Assembly (NCBI GenBank): GCA_964016885.1
Contig: CAXHJY010001745.1
Coordinates: 6,844-70,843 of the forward strand
DNA from: Eledone cirrhosa
Taxonomy: Eukaryota
Direction of reading: 5' to 3'
Length of the DNA stretch: 64,000 nucleotides
Part shown: positions 44,866-59,000 of the stretch, piece after piece
How the letters are laid out: every line of letters starts with the position of its first letter
Numbering within the stretch: position 1 is the first letter of the stretch
Program-made: the position numbers and the translations under genes
The notes under the pieces: model-generated
Database searches by the model: none
The model's input: only the letters and a program-made list of their open reading frames with translations
What the model was told of the DNA's origin: nothing

Positions 44866-45970
44866 TGCCAACATGTACCCTGCTCCTCGGCCTTTGCTAA
44901 CATGTACCTCGCTACCCGGCCTTTGCCAACATGTACCCTGCTACCCGGCCTTCGCTAAAATGTACCCTGCTACCCGGCCTTTGCCAACATGTACCCTGCT
45001 ACTCGGCCTTTGCTAACATGTACCTCGCTACCCGGCCTTTGCCAACATGTACCCTGCGACTCGGCCTTTGCCAACATGTACCCTGCTACCCGGCCTTCGC
45101 TAAAATGTACCCTGCTACCCGGCCTTTGTCAACATGTACCCTGCGACTCGGCCTTTGCCAACATGTACCCTGCTCCTCGGCCTTTGCTAACATGTACCTC
45201 GCTACTCGGCCTTTGTCAACATGTACCCTGCGATTCGGCCTTCGCCAACATGTACCCTGCTACCCGGCCTTCGCTAAAATGTACCCTGCTACCCGGCCTT
45301 TGCCAACTCGTACCCTGGCGACTCGGCCTTTGCCAACATGTACCCTGCTACTCGGCCTTTGCTAACATGTACCTCGCTACCCGGCCTTTGCCAACATGTA
45401 CCCTGCGACTCGGCCTTCGCCAACATGTACCCTGCTACCCGGCCTTCGCTAAAATGTACCCTGCTACCCGGCTTTGCCAACATGTACCCTGGCGACTCGG
45501 CCTTTGCCAACATGCACCCTGCTCCTCGGCCTTTGCTAACATGTACCACGCTACCCGGCCTTTGTCAACATGTACCCTGCGACTCGGCCTTCGCCAACAT
45601 GTACCCTGCTACCCGGCCTTCGCTAAAATGTACCCTGCTACCCGGCCTTTGCCAACATGTACCCTGGCGACTCGGCCTTTGCCATCATGTACCCTGCTAC
45701 TCGGCCTTTGCTAACATGTACCTCGCTACCCGGCCTTTGCCAACATGTACCCTGCGACTCGGCCTTCGCCAACATGTACCCTGCTACCCGGCCTTCGCTA
45801 AAATGTACCCTGCTACCCGGCTTTGCCAACATGTACCCTGGCGACTCGGCCTTTGCCAACATGTACCCTGCTCCTCGGCCTTTGCTAACATGTACCTCGC
45901 TACTCGGCCTTTGCCAACATGTACCCTGCGACTCGGCCTTCGTTAACATGTACCCTGCTACCCGGCCTTC
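44866..45970. repeat. 29-bp minisatellite (~38 copies) with higher-order variant pattern
   Basis: CCAACATGTACCCTGCTACCCGGCCTTTG and recurrent variants. Confidence 0.96.
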
Positions 45971-46568
45971 TCACTACACCCTCTGCAACTTCTACAATGA
46001 GCTGCTCACTCTGCTTCCAGCTACCATCAACTTCGATCCCTTCCTTTCAAACATAACAATAAATAAATGAAACATACCTATATTCAGTGACTAACTCAGT
46101 TTAATAAAAGGTTAAAAGATTTTATTTACTGTTGAGAATAAAGACGATATTAAAAATAGTACTGTGAATATTTCTGCAAGAGAAATCAAAACAATTTTAT
46201 TCTTTTGAGAATAAACTGACCTAAAATACTTTAAAATTGTACAAGTTGACTCACAAGTGACTGAGGAACCCAGAACAATTAAAAAATGGAAGAGTAATTC
46301 AAGCCACCATGACCCACCAACACCCGCTAACACATGCACACACACACACTTACAGACACACGCACACGCACACACACGAGTCAGTTTAGCCAGTATCACT
46401 CGCCAACACACACACACACACACGCACACACACGCACGCATACACTCAGACACATACACACACACAAAGTCACACACACACAGACACACACACACGCACA
46501 GAGAGACACACACACACAGACACACAGAGTCACACACACACACAGACACACAGAGTCACACACACACA

Positions 46569-46609
<41 letters not shown>

Positions 46610-46618
46610 ACACACACA

Positions 46619-46672
<54 letters not shown>

Positions 46673-46817
46673 TCATTCAAGCCATATGGAATCATATGAT
46701 ATGATTCCAGTTCCTCAGAGGAATAACAGCACAACCAGGAGCTGGACATATCGATGTATTGACGGAGTAAAACACACTTCAACAACATGTGTACCTGTCT
46801 TTCCCACACCAATTCGG

Positions 46818-46872
46818 ACTGCCTGAAGAGGTCACAGCCAATGATGGCTGTCACCGAAATATATATAGCAGT
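46818..46872 (+). ncRNA. Intact type I hammerhead ribozyme
   Basis: ACTGC-CTGAAGA-GGT(c)ACAGCCA atga TGGCTGT(c)ACC-GAAA TATATA TA-GCAGT; AATAAA ~15 nt downstream. Confidence 0.88.
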
Positions 46873-47018
46873 ATATCTATAATTTATAATAAACGAAGCC
46901 AAATTTTACATATTTGACTTAATTATTTTACATTACTCCGGAGTAAACAAACCAACCTACGTACCTCGTCGAGTGTTCCAATCTGCTTACTGAGGTGTCG
47001 GTAAACAACCAACATATA

Positions 47019-47076
<58 letters not shown>

Positions 47077-47230
47077 AGATCAAAAGATGGTTAAAAGAGT
47101 TACATGTATTTTATTATGCGCATTTCAAAAACAAATATCATCATGCAATAACATTTGTGTTTTCGTCAGATAAAATAGGAAGACATGATATGAAGGTTAA
47201 AATACACTTGTGAATAGTGCAGTTTTAAAT

Positions 47231-47284
<54 letters not shown>

Positions 47285-47899
47285 ATTTAGAGTTCAAATC
47301 TTCAATGCAGGGTTTTTTTTTGTTTCTTTTATTTTTTTTGGGGGGGGGGGGGGGTATTATGAAAAATTGCGCCCCTGCCCAAACACCATACACCCATCTT
47401 TCAGATAGCCATAAACTCGGCTCAGAAATACGTAATAATGGGTCTAATAATTTATATAATTAGTTTAATGATCCGGCCACCATAGTGTTTCTCAACCATG
47501 ATAATCAGAGATCATACATCTGAAGGGGTTTCTTTTTCCATTCTCTGACCATAGTTTATCTGACTTTAATAGAAACTGCTCCTTGTCCAAGTGGCGCCCA
47601 TGGCTTGTGCCATGTTTTCCAAACACTAGTTATGCCTGTGCATGTAGGTCCCTGATGACTACACTTTCTTTAGACAATAGGGTGTTATTTGAGGCAGATT
47701 TGGCTGTCATTTCGAGCCAGTGACCACCACGTAGCGGCTCCATTGTTGGTTGGTTATGGAGAACGATGTGGAAATTGATAGAGAAATAGATAAGTCACAA
47801 TAACGATCCATCGACTTTCGTCAAATCGGACCGAGGAAACAATGTTTCCGTTGGTCTTTCCAATTGCTAATACTATCAATCTATCGGTCGCAACTCCAG

Positions 47900-48268
47900 G
47901 TAGAAGGAGCAACATGAAATAAAGTGTCTTGTTCAAGGACATAATGCATCGCCCGGTCCAGGAATCGAACTCACAGCCTCAAGATTGTGAATACAATTCT
48001 CTAACCACTCAGCCACACGCCTTCACTAAGTCACTATAGACATAAGTAGATGAATAGACTAATAGAGACTGTAAGGGTGAAGAACGTAGGAAATAATGGT
48101 TTCTACTTTTGGCACAAGGCCAGCAATTACTCCAGTGCATTACTGGTAGTTTATTTTATTGACCCCCGTAAGGATGAAAGGCAAAGTTAACCTCGGCGGC
48201 ATTTGAACTCAGACCGTAAAGGGCCATAACTATGCTGAAAAGCATGGCGACCGACCCTAATGCCAATT
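47900..48268 (-). mobile_element. SINE family B head (47900-48027) and SINE family A copy (48095-48268)
   Basis: Consensus matches. Confidence 0.85.
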
Positions 48269-48519
48269 CATGCAGGAACTAATGAAGATGAGATAAACTT
48301 AGGACATGTAATTGCTGTTTGTTGTAGACTACAACTATTTAAACATGAAAACAGAGTATTTAATAACCTTTTGATAACTTCCAATTGACAGCAATTTGTT
48401 GATAACGGTGCTTGTGTGTGAGAGAGTGTGTGTGTGTCTGTGTGGGAGAGAGAGAGTGTGTGTGGGGGGAGTGTGTTTGGGGGGAGAGAGAGAGTGTGTG
48501 TCTGAGTGTGTGCATGTGT

Positions 48520-48590
<71 letters not shown>

Positions 48591-48591
48591 A

Positions 48592-48630
<39 letters not shown>

Positions 48631-48860
48631 TTTGAGTGTGTGCTGGTACAGTCAAGCTTTTCATTTAACCTTATCTGACTATAAATCAAAATCGCCCTAA
48701 TTTGTTAATAACTGCAAAGAGAGTTGATAAATGTAGAGAATAAACAGATTAAAGGGTGGTGCCCCAGCATGGCCTCAGCCGGATGGCTGAAACATGGAAA
48801 AGAGTAAATATAGTTGCGAATATAAACCATTCATTCCCATTGCTTGTTTGTATATTAGAG

Positions 48861-51800
48861 TTTAGCCAGGAGAGTCTGTAATACCTATAACCCAGTGTTG
48901 ACCAGTATATTTTAGCCAGGAGGGTCTGTAGTACCTATAACCCAGTGTTGACCAGTATATTTTAGCCAGGAGAGTCTGTAGTACCTATAACCCAGTGTTG
49001 ACCAGTATATTTTAGCCAGGAGGGTCTATAGTTCCCATAACCCAATTTTGACCGGTATATTTTAACCAGGAGAGTCTGTAGTACCCAGTGTTGACCGGTA
49101 TATTTTAGCAAGGAGAGTCTGTAGTACCCAGTGTTGACCGGTATATTTTAGCCAGTAGAGTCTGTAGTACCCAGTGTTGACCGGTATATTTTAGCCAGGA
49201 GAGTCTGTAGTACCCAGTGTTGACCGGTATATTTTAGCAAGGAGAGTCTGTAGTACCCAGTGTTGACCGGTATATTTTAGCCAGGAGAGTCTGTAGTACC
49301 CAGTGTTGACCGGTATATTTTAGCCAGGAGAGTCTGTAGTACCCAGTGTTGACCGGTATATTTTAGCCAGGAGAGTCTGTAGTACCCAGTGTTGACCGGT
49401 ATATTTTAGCCAGGAAAGTCTGTAGTACCCAGTGTTGACCGGTATATTTTAGCCAGGAGAGTCTGTAGTACCCAGTGTTGACCGATATATTTTAGCCAGG
49501 AGAGTCTGTAGTACCCAGTGTTGACCGGTATATTTTAGCCAGGAGAGTCTGTAGTACCCAGTGTTGACCGGTATATTTTAGCCAGGAGAGTCTGTAGTAC
49601 CCAGTGTTGACCGGTATATTTTAGCCAGGAGAGTCTGTAGTACCCAGTGTTGACCGGTATATTTTAGCCAGGAAAGTCTGTAGTACCCAGTGTTGACCGG
49701 TATATTTTAGCCAGGAGAGTCTGTAGTACCCAGTGTTGACCGATATATTTTAGCCAGGAGAGTCTGTAGTACCCAGTGTTGACCGGTATATTTTAGCCAG
49801 GAGAGTCTGTAGTACCCAGTGTTGACCGGTATATTTTAGCAAGGAGAGTCTGTAGTACCCAGTGTTGACCGGTATATTTTAGCCAGGAGAGTCTGTAGTA
49901 CCCAGTGTTGACCGGTATATTTTAGCCAGGAGAGTCTGTAGTACCCAGTGTTGACCGGTATATTTTAGCAAGGAGAGTCTGTAGTACCTATCACCCAGTG
50001 TTGACCAGTATATTTTAGCCAGGAGAGTCTGTAGTACCTATAACCCAGTGTTGACCAGTATATTTTAGCCAGGAGGGTCTGTAGTACCTATAACCCAGTG
50101 TTGACTAGTATATTTTAGCCAGGAGGGACTGTAGTACCTATAACCCAGTGTTGACCGGTATATTTTAGCAAGGAGAGTCTGTAGTACCTATAACCCAGTG
50201 TTGACCAGTATATTTTAGCCAGGAGGGTCTGTAGTACCTATAACCCAGTGTTGACCAGTATATTTTAACCAGGAGGGTCTGTAGTACCTATAACCCAGTG
50301 TTGACCAGTATATTTTAGCCAGGAGGGTCTGTAGTACCTATAACCCAGTGTTGACCGGTATATTTTAGCAAGGAGAGTCTGTAGTACCTATAACCCAGTG
50401 TTGACCAGTATATTTTAGCCAGGAGGGTCTGTAGTACCTATAACCCAGTGTTGACCAGTATATTTTAGCCAGGAGAGTCTGTAGTACCTATAACCCAGTG
50501 TTGACCAGTATATTTTAGCCAGGAGGGTCTGAAGTTCCCATAACCCAGTGTTGACCAGTATATTTTAGCCAGGAGGGTCTGAAGTTCCCATAAATCAGTG
50601 TTGACCGGTATATTTTAGCCAGGAGGGTCTGTAGTACCTATAACCCAGTGTTGACCAGTATATTTTAGCCAGGAGCGTCTGTAGTACCTATAACCCAGTG
50701 TTGACCGGTATATTTTAGCCAGGAGAGTCTGTAGTAACTATAACCCAGTGTTGACCGGTATATTTTAGCAAGGAGAGTCTGTAGTACCTATCACCCAGTG
50801 TTGACCAGTATATTTTAGCCAGGAGAGTCTGTAGTACCTATAACCCAGTGTTGACCAGTATATTTTAGCCAGGAGGGTCTGTAGTACCTATAACCCAGTG
50901 TTGACTAGTATATTTTAGCCAGGAGGGACTGTAGTACCTATAACCCAGTGTTGACCGGTATATTTTAGCAAGGAGAGTCTGTAGTACCTATAACCCAGTG
51001 TTGACCAGTATATTTTAGCCAGGAGGGTCTGTAGTACCTATAACCCAGTGTTGACCAGTATATTTTAGCCAGGAGGGTCTGTAGTACCTATAACCCAGTG
51101 TTGACCAGTATATTTTAACCAGGAGGGTCTGTAGTACCTATAACCCAGTGTTGACCAGTATATTTTAGCCAGGAGGGTCTGTAGTACCTATAACCCAGTG
51201 TTGACCGGTATATTTTAGCAAGGAGAGTATGTAGTACCTATAACCCAGTGTTGACCAGTATATTTTAGCCAGGAGGGTCTGTAGTACCTATAACCCAGTG
51301 TTGACCAGTATATTTTAGCCAGGAGAGTCTGTAGTACCTATAACCCAGTGTTGACCAGTATATTTTAGCCAGGAGGGTCTGAAGTTCCCATAACCCAGTG
51401 TTGACCAGTATATTTTAGCCAGGAGGGTCTGAAGTTCCCATAAATCAGTGTTGACCGGTATATTTTAGCCAGGAGGGTCTGTAGTACCTATAACCCAGTG
51501 TTGACCAGTATATTTTAGCCAGGAGCGTCTGTAGTACCTATAACCCAGTGTTGACCGGTATATTTTAGCCAGGAGAGTCTGTAGTAACTATAACCCAGTG
51601 TTGACCGGTATATTTTAGCCAGGAGAGTCTGTAGTACCTATAACCCAGTGTTGACCAGTATATTTTAGCCAGGGGGGTCTGTAGTACCTATAACCCAGTG
51701 TTGACCAGTATATTTTAGCCAGGAGGGTCTGTAGTACCTATAACCCAGTGTTGACCGGTATATTTTAGCCAGGAGGGTCTGTAGTACCTATAACCCAGTG

Positions 51801-52497
51801 TTGACCAGTATATTTTAGCCAGGAGGGTCTGTAGTACCTATAACCCAGTGTTGACCAGTATATTTTAGCCAGGAGCGTCTGTAGTACCTATAACCCAGTG
51901 TTGACCAGTATATTTTAGCCAGGAGAGTCTGTAGTACCTATAACCCAGTGTTGACCAGTATATTTTAGCCAGGAGCGTCTGTAGTACCTATAACCCTGTG
52001 TTGACCAGTATATTTTAGCCAGGAGAGTCTGTAGTACCTATAACCCAGTGTTGACCAGTATATTTTAGCCAGGAGGGTCTGTAGTTCCAATAACCCAGTT
52101 TTGACCGGTATATTTTAGCCAGGAGGGTCTGTAGTACCTATAACCCAGTGTTGACCAGTATATTTTAGCCAGGAGAGTCTGTAGTACCTATAACCCTGTG
52201 TTGACCAGTATATTTTAGCCAGGAGAGTCTGTAGTACCTATAACCCTGTGTTGACCAGTATATTTTAGCCAGGAAGGTCTGTAGTTCCAATAACCCAGTT
52301 TTGACCGGTATATTTTAGCCAGGAGAGTCTGTAGTACCTATAACCCTTTGTTGACCAGTATATTTTAGCCAGGAGGGTCTGTAGTTCCAATAACCCAGTT
52401 TTGACCGGTATATTTTAGCCAGGAGAGTCTGTAGTTCCTATAACCCAGTGTTGACCAGTATATTTTAGCCAGGAGAGTCTGTAGTACGTATAACCCA
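48861..52497. repeat. 3.6-kb minisatellite of 50-bp units with a 43-bp deletion-variant block
   Basis: TATTTTAGCCAGGAGGGTCTGTAGTACCTATAACCCAGTGTTGACCAGTA; 43-bp variant lacking CTATAAC at ~49060-49975. Confidence 0.97.
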
Positions 52498-53089
52498 AAT
52501 GTGTTTTCACATACAACAGCGAAGTTTTCTGTTGTATTTTGTGCCCGACACGGTGCCTCGTGACAGACTGGTGTCTCACCCAAAGAAGAGTTTCTACTCT
52601 GAGTCCATAAACGCAATATGAAATAAACGGGCCAAGGCTCGGAAAAGACTAACTTTTAGCTTTATTTTGTACAAAAACCTCGAAGTTAAGATGCACATAT
52701 TTGGTCTTATTTCAGGTTTCAGGTTTATCTAAAGCGGGGAGAGAAACCGTCCATGATATTTTCAGGAATGATTAGGTAAGAAAGAGTGATTTCAGGACAA
52801 ACGCGTTGTTACGAACCAATCCTATCCTTTATGTAAGAAATTATTATAAAAATGAATACACACCTGAGCGTTATTCAATGAGCCTGCCATGTGACGTGTG
52901 ATATACGCTGGCAAATTTTATTTCTTCATATTTACAACAAAAGAACACAGTCACACCCACCTGCGCAGACACACACACATATTTCAATGTTCATAATCAG
53001 TAATATGTATTGATTTCTAATTTAGGCACAAGGCCAGCGATTATCGGGGAAGGACAAAGTTGATTAAATCAACCCCAGTATTTGACTGG

Positions 53090-53362
53090 TTGTTGCGTTC
53101 ACCCTCAGTTCACCCTTCTTCGGCAGGTTGATGATCTTTTCCTTCCACTGAGTCGGGACATCTTCCATCTCCCAGATCTTACTGAAAGGTTGGGGTTAGG
53201 GTTAGGCTGTTTCTATGTCTGCTTTGATGGCTTCTGCTGGTATTTCGTCCGGCCGTACAGCTTTTCCATCTTTCAGTGTCAGGATGGCTTTCTTGATCTC
53301 TACCTTTGAGGGTTTGTCACAGTTGATGGGTAGTTGAGTCTCTGCTGGTGAAATATCTGGTG
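53090..53362 (-). mobile_element. RTE-type LINE internal fragment (start of RT domain)
   Basis: PINCDKPSKVEIKKAILTLKDGKAVRPDEIPAEAIKAD...FSKIWEMEDVPTQWKE...LPKKGEL. Confidence 0.85.
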
Positions 53363-54004
53363 TTCACAACACACAAAAACAACATGGTGTCGGACAGAAC
53401 AAAGCAGAGACACAAAATAACAAATTAGTCACTGAGGAGGCCACAGAATGTGTAACGAAAGAGCTTTGACAATAAACAAACAACCATTTGGTTATTAAAC
53501 CAACCAACAGGAAATTTGTAATAAATTGAAGTGAAAACCAACAGGTGCGTGTGTTTTTATTAGGAAGATGTTCCGAAGAAGAAGGGCTGTTCGTAGTGAT
53601 TAATGCGACACCTGTGGAGTTGGAGACAATATGGATGGTGAGAGGAGGAGGGAAGAGTGATTGGAGGAGGGAAGAGTGAGACGAGTGCGCCTGCATGAAG
53701 GCGGTATGAGGTCAGCCAGATAACGGTTGGTGTTGTCATTAAACTATGTGTCGGTTGGTAATGTTTGGTAATGTTTAGTTTATGTCTTTCTGTGATATTT
53801 TATGGTGTGTGCGGGAGTGTGTGTGTGGGGGGGGGCTTGTGTGATTTGCTCCAGTTTCGGGAGAAATGGTAGTGCTGATGGGACACACAAGATGTTCTTG
53901 AATGCAATAATTCTTTCAGGTCTTATGCGCTTAAGTTATCTGGTTTTAATTTTGCCGATCCTTGAAAATTTTAAGTTTTTAGGTTTCCCTATTGATTTCT
54001 GGTC

Positions 54005-54275
54005 AGTGGAGGCACGTGACTGAGTGATCATAATATCGTGGCTTCGATTCCTGGATTTTGTGTTGTGTTCTTGAGCAAAACAATTCATTTCACGTTGCTC
54101 CAGTAAACTCAGCTGAATATGAATACCAGCAATATCTGTAGGTTTAACCCTGCGATGGACTGGCGTCCTGTCCGGTCCAGTCCATGGGGGAGTCTTGTAT
54201 TCTCAGTTACTTAACGCCACAAAAAAACAGGATAAACACTGGCCTGGTGAGTCTCCGAGTTCGAAACAGACTTTA
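54005..54275 (+). mobile_element. SINE family B with CCCTGCGATGGACTGGCGTCCTGTCC tail
   Basis: Same tail type at 2150-2280 (+) and 55690-55935 (-). Confidence 0.8.
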
Positions 54276-54658
54276 GACATTTTAATATATGTTTTCCTTC
54301 TTCTAGAGTGATGTCCTCGGACACCAAACTGTTTCCATGTCCCCGCGACTCCATGACAGCCAACGATGTTGACCTGTCCTTCATTTTGGGAACCTGTCAC
54401 CTTTGTTCAGAGAGTGGGATTGGTCCATGTAAGGCCTTTCTTCATTTAGAAGAAGCTTCAAGTTCAGTCGTCACTTAATCTAAACAACTTTCACATGTTT
54501 TGTGTGAGTATGGTTGTTTCTTTCACTGCAGCTTATGCAGAAAGGAATCCCTGGCATTGCTAAAAAGTCGTTTTCCTGCCACCAAAATATGAGTAAAAGG
54601 TCAAGAGATGGAAATTCTTAAAACCGAGATGCAGCCATTATATGTATGTATGTATGAA

Positions 54659-54689
<31 letters not shown>

Positions 54690-54989
54690 ATGTATGTATG
54701 TGTATGTATGTATATGTGTGTGTATGTATGTATATGTGTGTGTATGTATATGTGTGTGTATGTGTGTGTATGTGTATGTATGTATGTGTATGTATGTGTA
54801 TGCGTGTGTGTATGTGTATGTATATGTGTGTGTGTGTATGTATGTGTGTGCGTGTGTATGTATGTGTGTGCGTGTGTGCATGTATGTGCGTGTATGTGTG
54901 TGTGTATGTGTGTAGTGTATAACGATGAAGTATACATGAGAACACAAGAAAATAAATTCAGTTAATTGCTGGATCTTGTGATGTGAGGC

Positions 54990-55215
54990 TGTGTTGTGAC
55001 ATTAATGCCTCTCCCAACCGCACTGTTATGACATTAATGCCTCATCCAACTGTAGTGTTGTGACATTAATGCCTCTCCCAACCGCACTGTTGTGACATTA
55101 ATGCCTCTCCCAATCGCACTGTTATGACATTAATGCCTCATCCAACTGTAGTGTTGTGACATTAATGCCTCTCCCAACTGTAGTGTTGTGACATTAATGC
55201 CTCTCAACTGTAGTA
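54990..55215. repeat. 34-bp tandem repeat, ~6.5 copies
   Basis: TGTTGTGACATTAATGCCTCTCCCAACCGCAC variants. Confidence 0.93.
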
Positions 55216-56006
55216 TCAATGTTGTGGAATAGTTACGCCCAGAAATATAATTTTGGTTGTGTAAGTTTTGTCCCAACAGCCTGTCACACAACATCTATGT
55301 AGGTTACAGAACACACAATAGCTTTGATCTATCGATAATGTATACAATCTGACAGTTTTAAAAGCATAAAGTTAAGGCGGGCTCTGCTCCAAAACTTTTT
55401 TCTAATTCTATTGTATCTCGGTTATAATAGAGATAAACAACCATAACTTCAGGTGATATTTTCATAGTTTATCAAATAAGCTTAATGCACGTATTAATAT
55501 ATTACTAAAACTTCCACACATCAATAGTTCCATGCCTTGCCATTCATGATGGAGCCGTAGGGGTGCCATCGAAGCCTAGGTATAAACACAGCCGGTTCTT
55601 CAAGAGAAAGAGAGTCAGTGAGAAAGAGAAATAGAGGAAGAATTGACCCAGTACTAAACTAAATCTAAAGTTTAAACTTTAGATTTATCTTGTGACCGAA
55701 GGCTCATCAGGTTGGCGTTTATCCCCATTTCCTTAGCGACTGAGAGTACAATACTCCCCCTGGACAGGACACCAGTCTATCGCATGGTTACTGCCCCCAG
55801 CTACTGTTGGTACTCATTTTCAGCTGAGTATATTGGAGCAACGTGAATCGAAGTGTTTTGTTCAAGAACACAACACACAACCCAGGTCATGACATTGTAA
55901 TCCAACACACATACTACTAGACCACACACTTCCACTAGTACTAACTGATATATCATTTACCTTGTCCCAAGAGGCTGAAAGCAAGGTTGCCTTCAACGGT
56001 ATTTGG

Positions 56007-59000
56007 AATCAGACAGCCGGGACCCCACAAAACATTCTGTCAGACATTCTAATCACCCAGCCAAGAATCAGACAGCCGGGACCCCACAAAACATTCTGTC
56101 AGACATTCTAATCACCCAGCCAAGAATCAGACAGCCGGGACCCCACAAAACATTGTCAGACATTCTAATCACCCAGCCAAGAATCAGACAGCCGGGACCC
56201 CACAAAACATTCTGTCAGACATTCTAATCACCCAGCCAAGAATCAGACAGCCGGGACACCACAAAACATTCTGTCAGACATTCTAATCACCCAGCCAAGA
56301 ATCAGACAGCCGGGACCCCACAAAACATTCTATCAGACATTCTAATCACCCAGCCAAGAATCAGACAGCCGGGACCCCACAAAACATTGTCAGACATTCT
56401 AATCACCCAGCCAAGAATCAGACAGCCGGGACCCCACAAAACATTCTGTCAGACATTCTAATCACCCAGCCAAGAATCAGACAGCCGGGACCCCACAAAA
56501 CATTGTCAGACATTCTAATCACCCAGCCAAGAATCAGACAGCCGGGACCCCACAAAACATTCTGTCAGACATTCTAATCACCCAGCCAAGAATCAGACAG
56601 CCGGGACCCCACAAAACATTCTGTCAGACATTCTAATCACCCAGCCAAGAATCAGACAGCCGGGACCCCACAAAACATTGTCAGACATTGTAATCACCCA
56701 GCCAAGAATCAGACAGCCGGGACCCCACAAAACATTCTGTCAGACATTCTAATCACCCAGCCAAGAATCAGACAGCCGGGACCCCACAAAACATTCTGTC
56801 AGACATTCTAATCACCCAGCCAAGAATCAGACAGCCGGGACCCCACAAAACATTGTCAGACATTCTAATCACCCAGCCAAGAATCAGAGGGCCGGGACCC
56901 CACAAAACATTCTGTCAGACATTCTAATCACCCAGCCAAGAATCAGAGGGCCGGGACCCCACAAAACATTCTGTCAGACATTCTAATCACCCAGCCAAGA
57001 ATCAGACAGCCGGGACCCCACAAAACATTCTGTCAGACATTCTAATCACCCAGCCAAGAATCAGAGGGCCGGGACCCCACAAAACATTCTGTCAGACATT
57101 CTAATCACCCAGCCAAGAATCAGACAGCCGGGACCCCACAAAACATTCTGTCAGACATTCTAATCACCCAGCCAAGAATCAGAGGGCCGGGACCCCACAA
57201 AACATTCTGTCAGACATTCTAATCACCCAGCCAAGAATCAGACAGCCGGGACCCCACAAAACATTCTGTCAGACATTCTAATCACCCAGCCAAGAATCAG
57301 AGGGCCGGGACCCCACAAAACATTCTGTCAGACATTCTAATCACCCAGCCAAGAATCAGACAGCCGGGACCCCACAAAACATTCTGTCAGACATTCTAAT
57401 CACCCAGCCAAGAATCAGACAGCCGGGACCCCACAAAACATTCTGTCAGACATTCTAATCACCCAGCCAAGAATCAGACAGCCGGGACCCCACAAAACAT
57501 TCTGTCAGACATTCTAATCACCCAGCCAAGAATCAGAGGGCCGGGACCCCACAAAACATTCTGTCAGACATTCTAATCACCCAGCCAAGAATCAGACAGC
57601 CGGGACCCCACAAAACATTCTGTCAGACATTCTAATCACCCAGCCAAGAATCAGACAGCCGGGACCCCACAAAACATTCTGTCAGACATTCTAATCACCC
57701 AGCCAAGAATCAGACAGCCGGGACCCCACAAAACATTCTGTCAGACATTCTAATCACCCAGCCAAGAATCAGACAGCCGGGACCCCACAAAACATTCTGT
57801 CAGACATTCTAATCACCCAGCCAAGAATCAGACAGCCGGGACCCCACAAAACATTCTGTCAGACATTCTAATCACCCAGCCAAGAATCAGAGGGCCGGGA
57901 CCCCACAAAACATTCTGTCAGACATTCTAATCACCCAGCCAAGAATCAGACAGCCGGGACCCCACAAAACATTCTGTCAGACATTCTAATCACCCAGCCA
58001 AGAATCAGACAGCCGGGACACCACAAAACATTCTGTCAGACATTCTAATCACCCAGCCAAGAATCAGACAGCCGGGACCCCACAAAACATTCTGTCAGAC
58101 ATTCTAATCACCCAGCCAAGAATCAGACAGCCGGGACCCCACAAAACATTCTGTCAGACATTCTAATCACCCAGCCAAGAATCAGACAGCCGGGACCCCA
58201 CAAAACATTCTGTCAGACATTCTAATCACCCAGCCAAGAATCAGAGGGCCGGGACCCCACAAAACATTCTGTCAGACATTCTAATCACCCAGCCAAGAAT
58301 CAGACAGCCGGGACCCCACAAAACATTCTGTCAGACATTCTAATCACCCAGCCAAGAATCAGACAGCCGGGACCCCACAAAACATTCTGTCAGACATTCT
58401 AATCACCCAGCCAAGAATCAGACAGCCGGGACCCCACAAAACATTCTGTCAGACATTCTAATCACCCAGCCAAGAATCAGACAGCCGGGACCCCACAAAA
58501 CATTCTGTCAGACATTCTAATCACCCAGCCAAGAATCAGACAGCCGGGACCCCACAAAACATTCTGTCAGACATTCTAATCACCCAGCCAAGAATCAGAG
58601 GGCCGGGACCCCACAAAACATTCTGTCAGACATTCTAATCACCCAGCCAAGAATCAGACAGCCGGGACCCCACAAAACATTCTGTCAGACATTCTAATCA
58701 CCCAGCCAAGAATCAGACAGCCGGGACACCACAAAACATTCTGTCAGACATTCTAATCACCCAGCCAAGAATCAGACAGCCGGGACCCCACAAAACATTC
58801 TGTCAGACATTCTAATCACCCAGCCAAGAATCAGACAGCCGGGACCCCACAAAACATTGTCAGACATTCTAATCACCCAGCCAAGAATCAGAGGGCCGGG
58901 ACCCCACAAAACATTCTGTCAGACATTCTAATCACCCAGCCAAGAATCAGAGGGCCGGGACCCCACAAAACATTCTGTCAGACATTCTAATCACTCAGCC

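Noticed and set aside
44931-46070. Cys/Pro-rich repeat protein ORFs
   Set aside because: A 29-bp unit read through all three frames, with indels; no coding signature.
47940-48027. tRNA genes at SINE heads
   Set aside because: A/B boxes run directly into SINE bodies; no complete cloverleaf or terminator.
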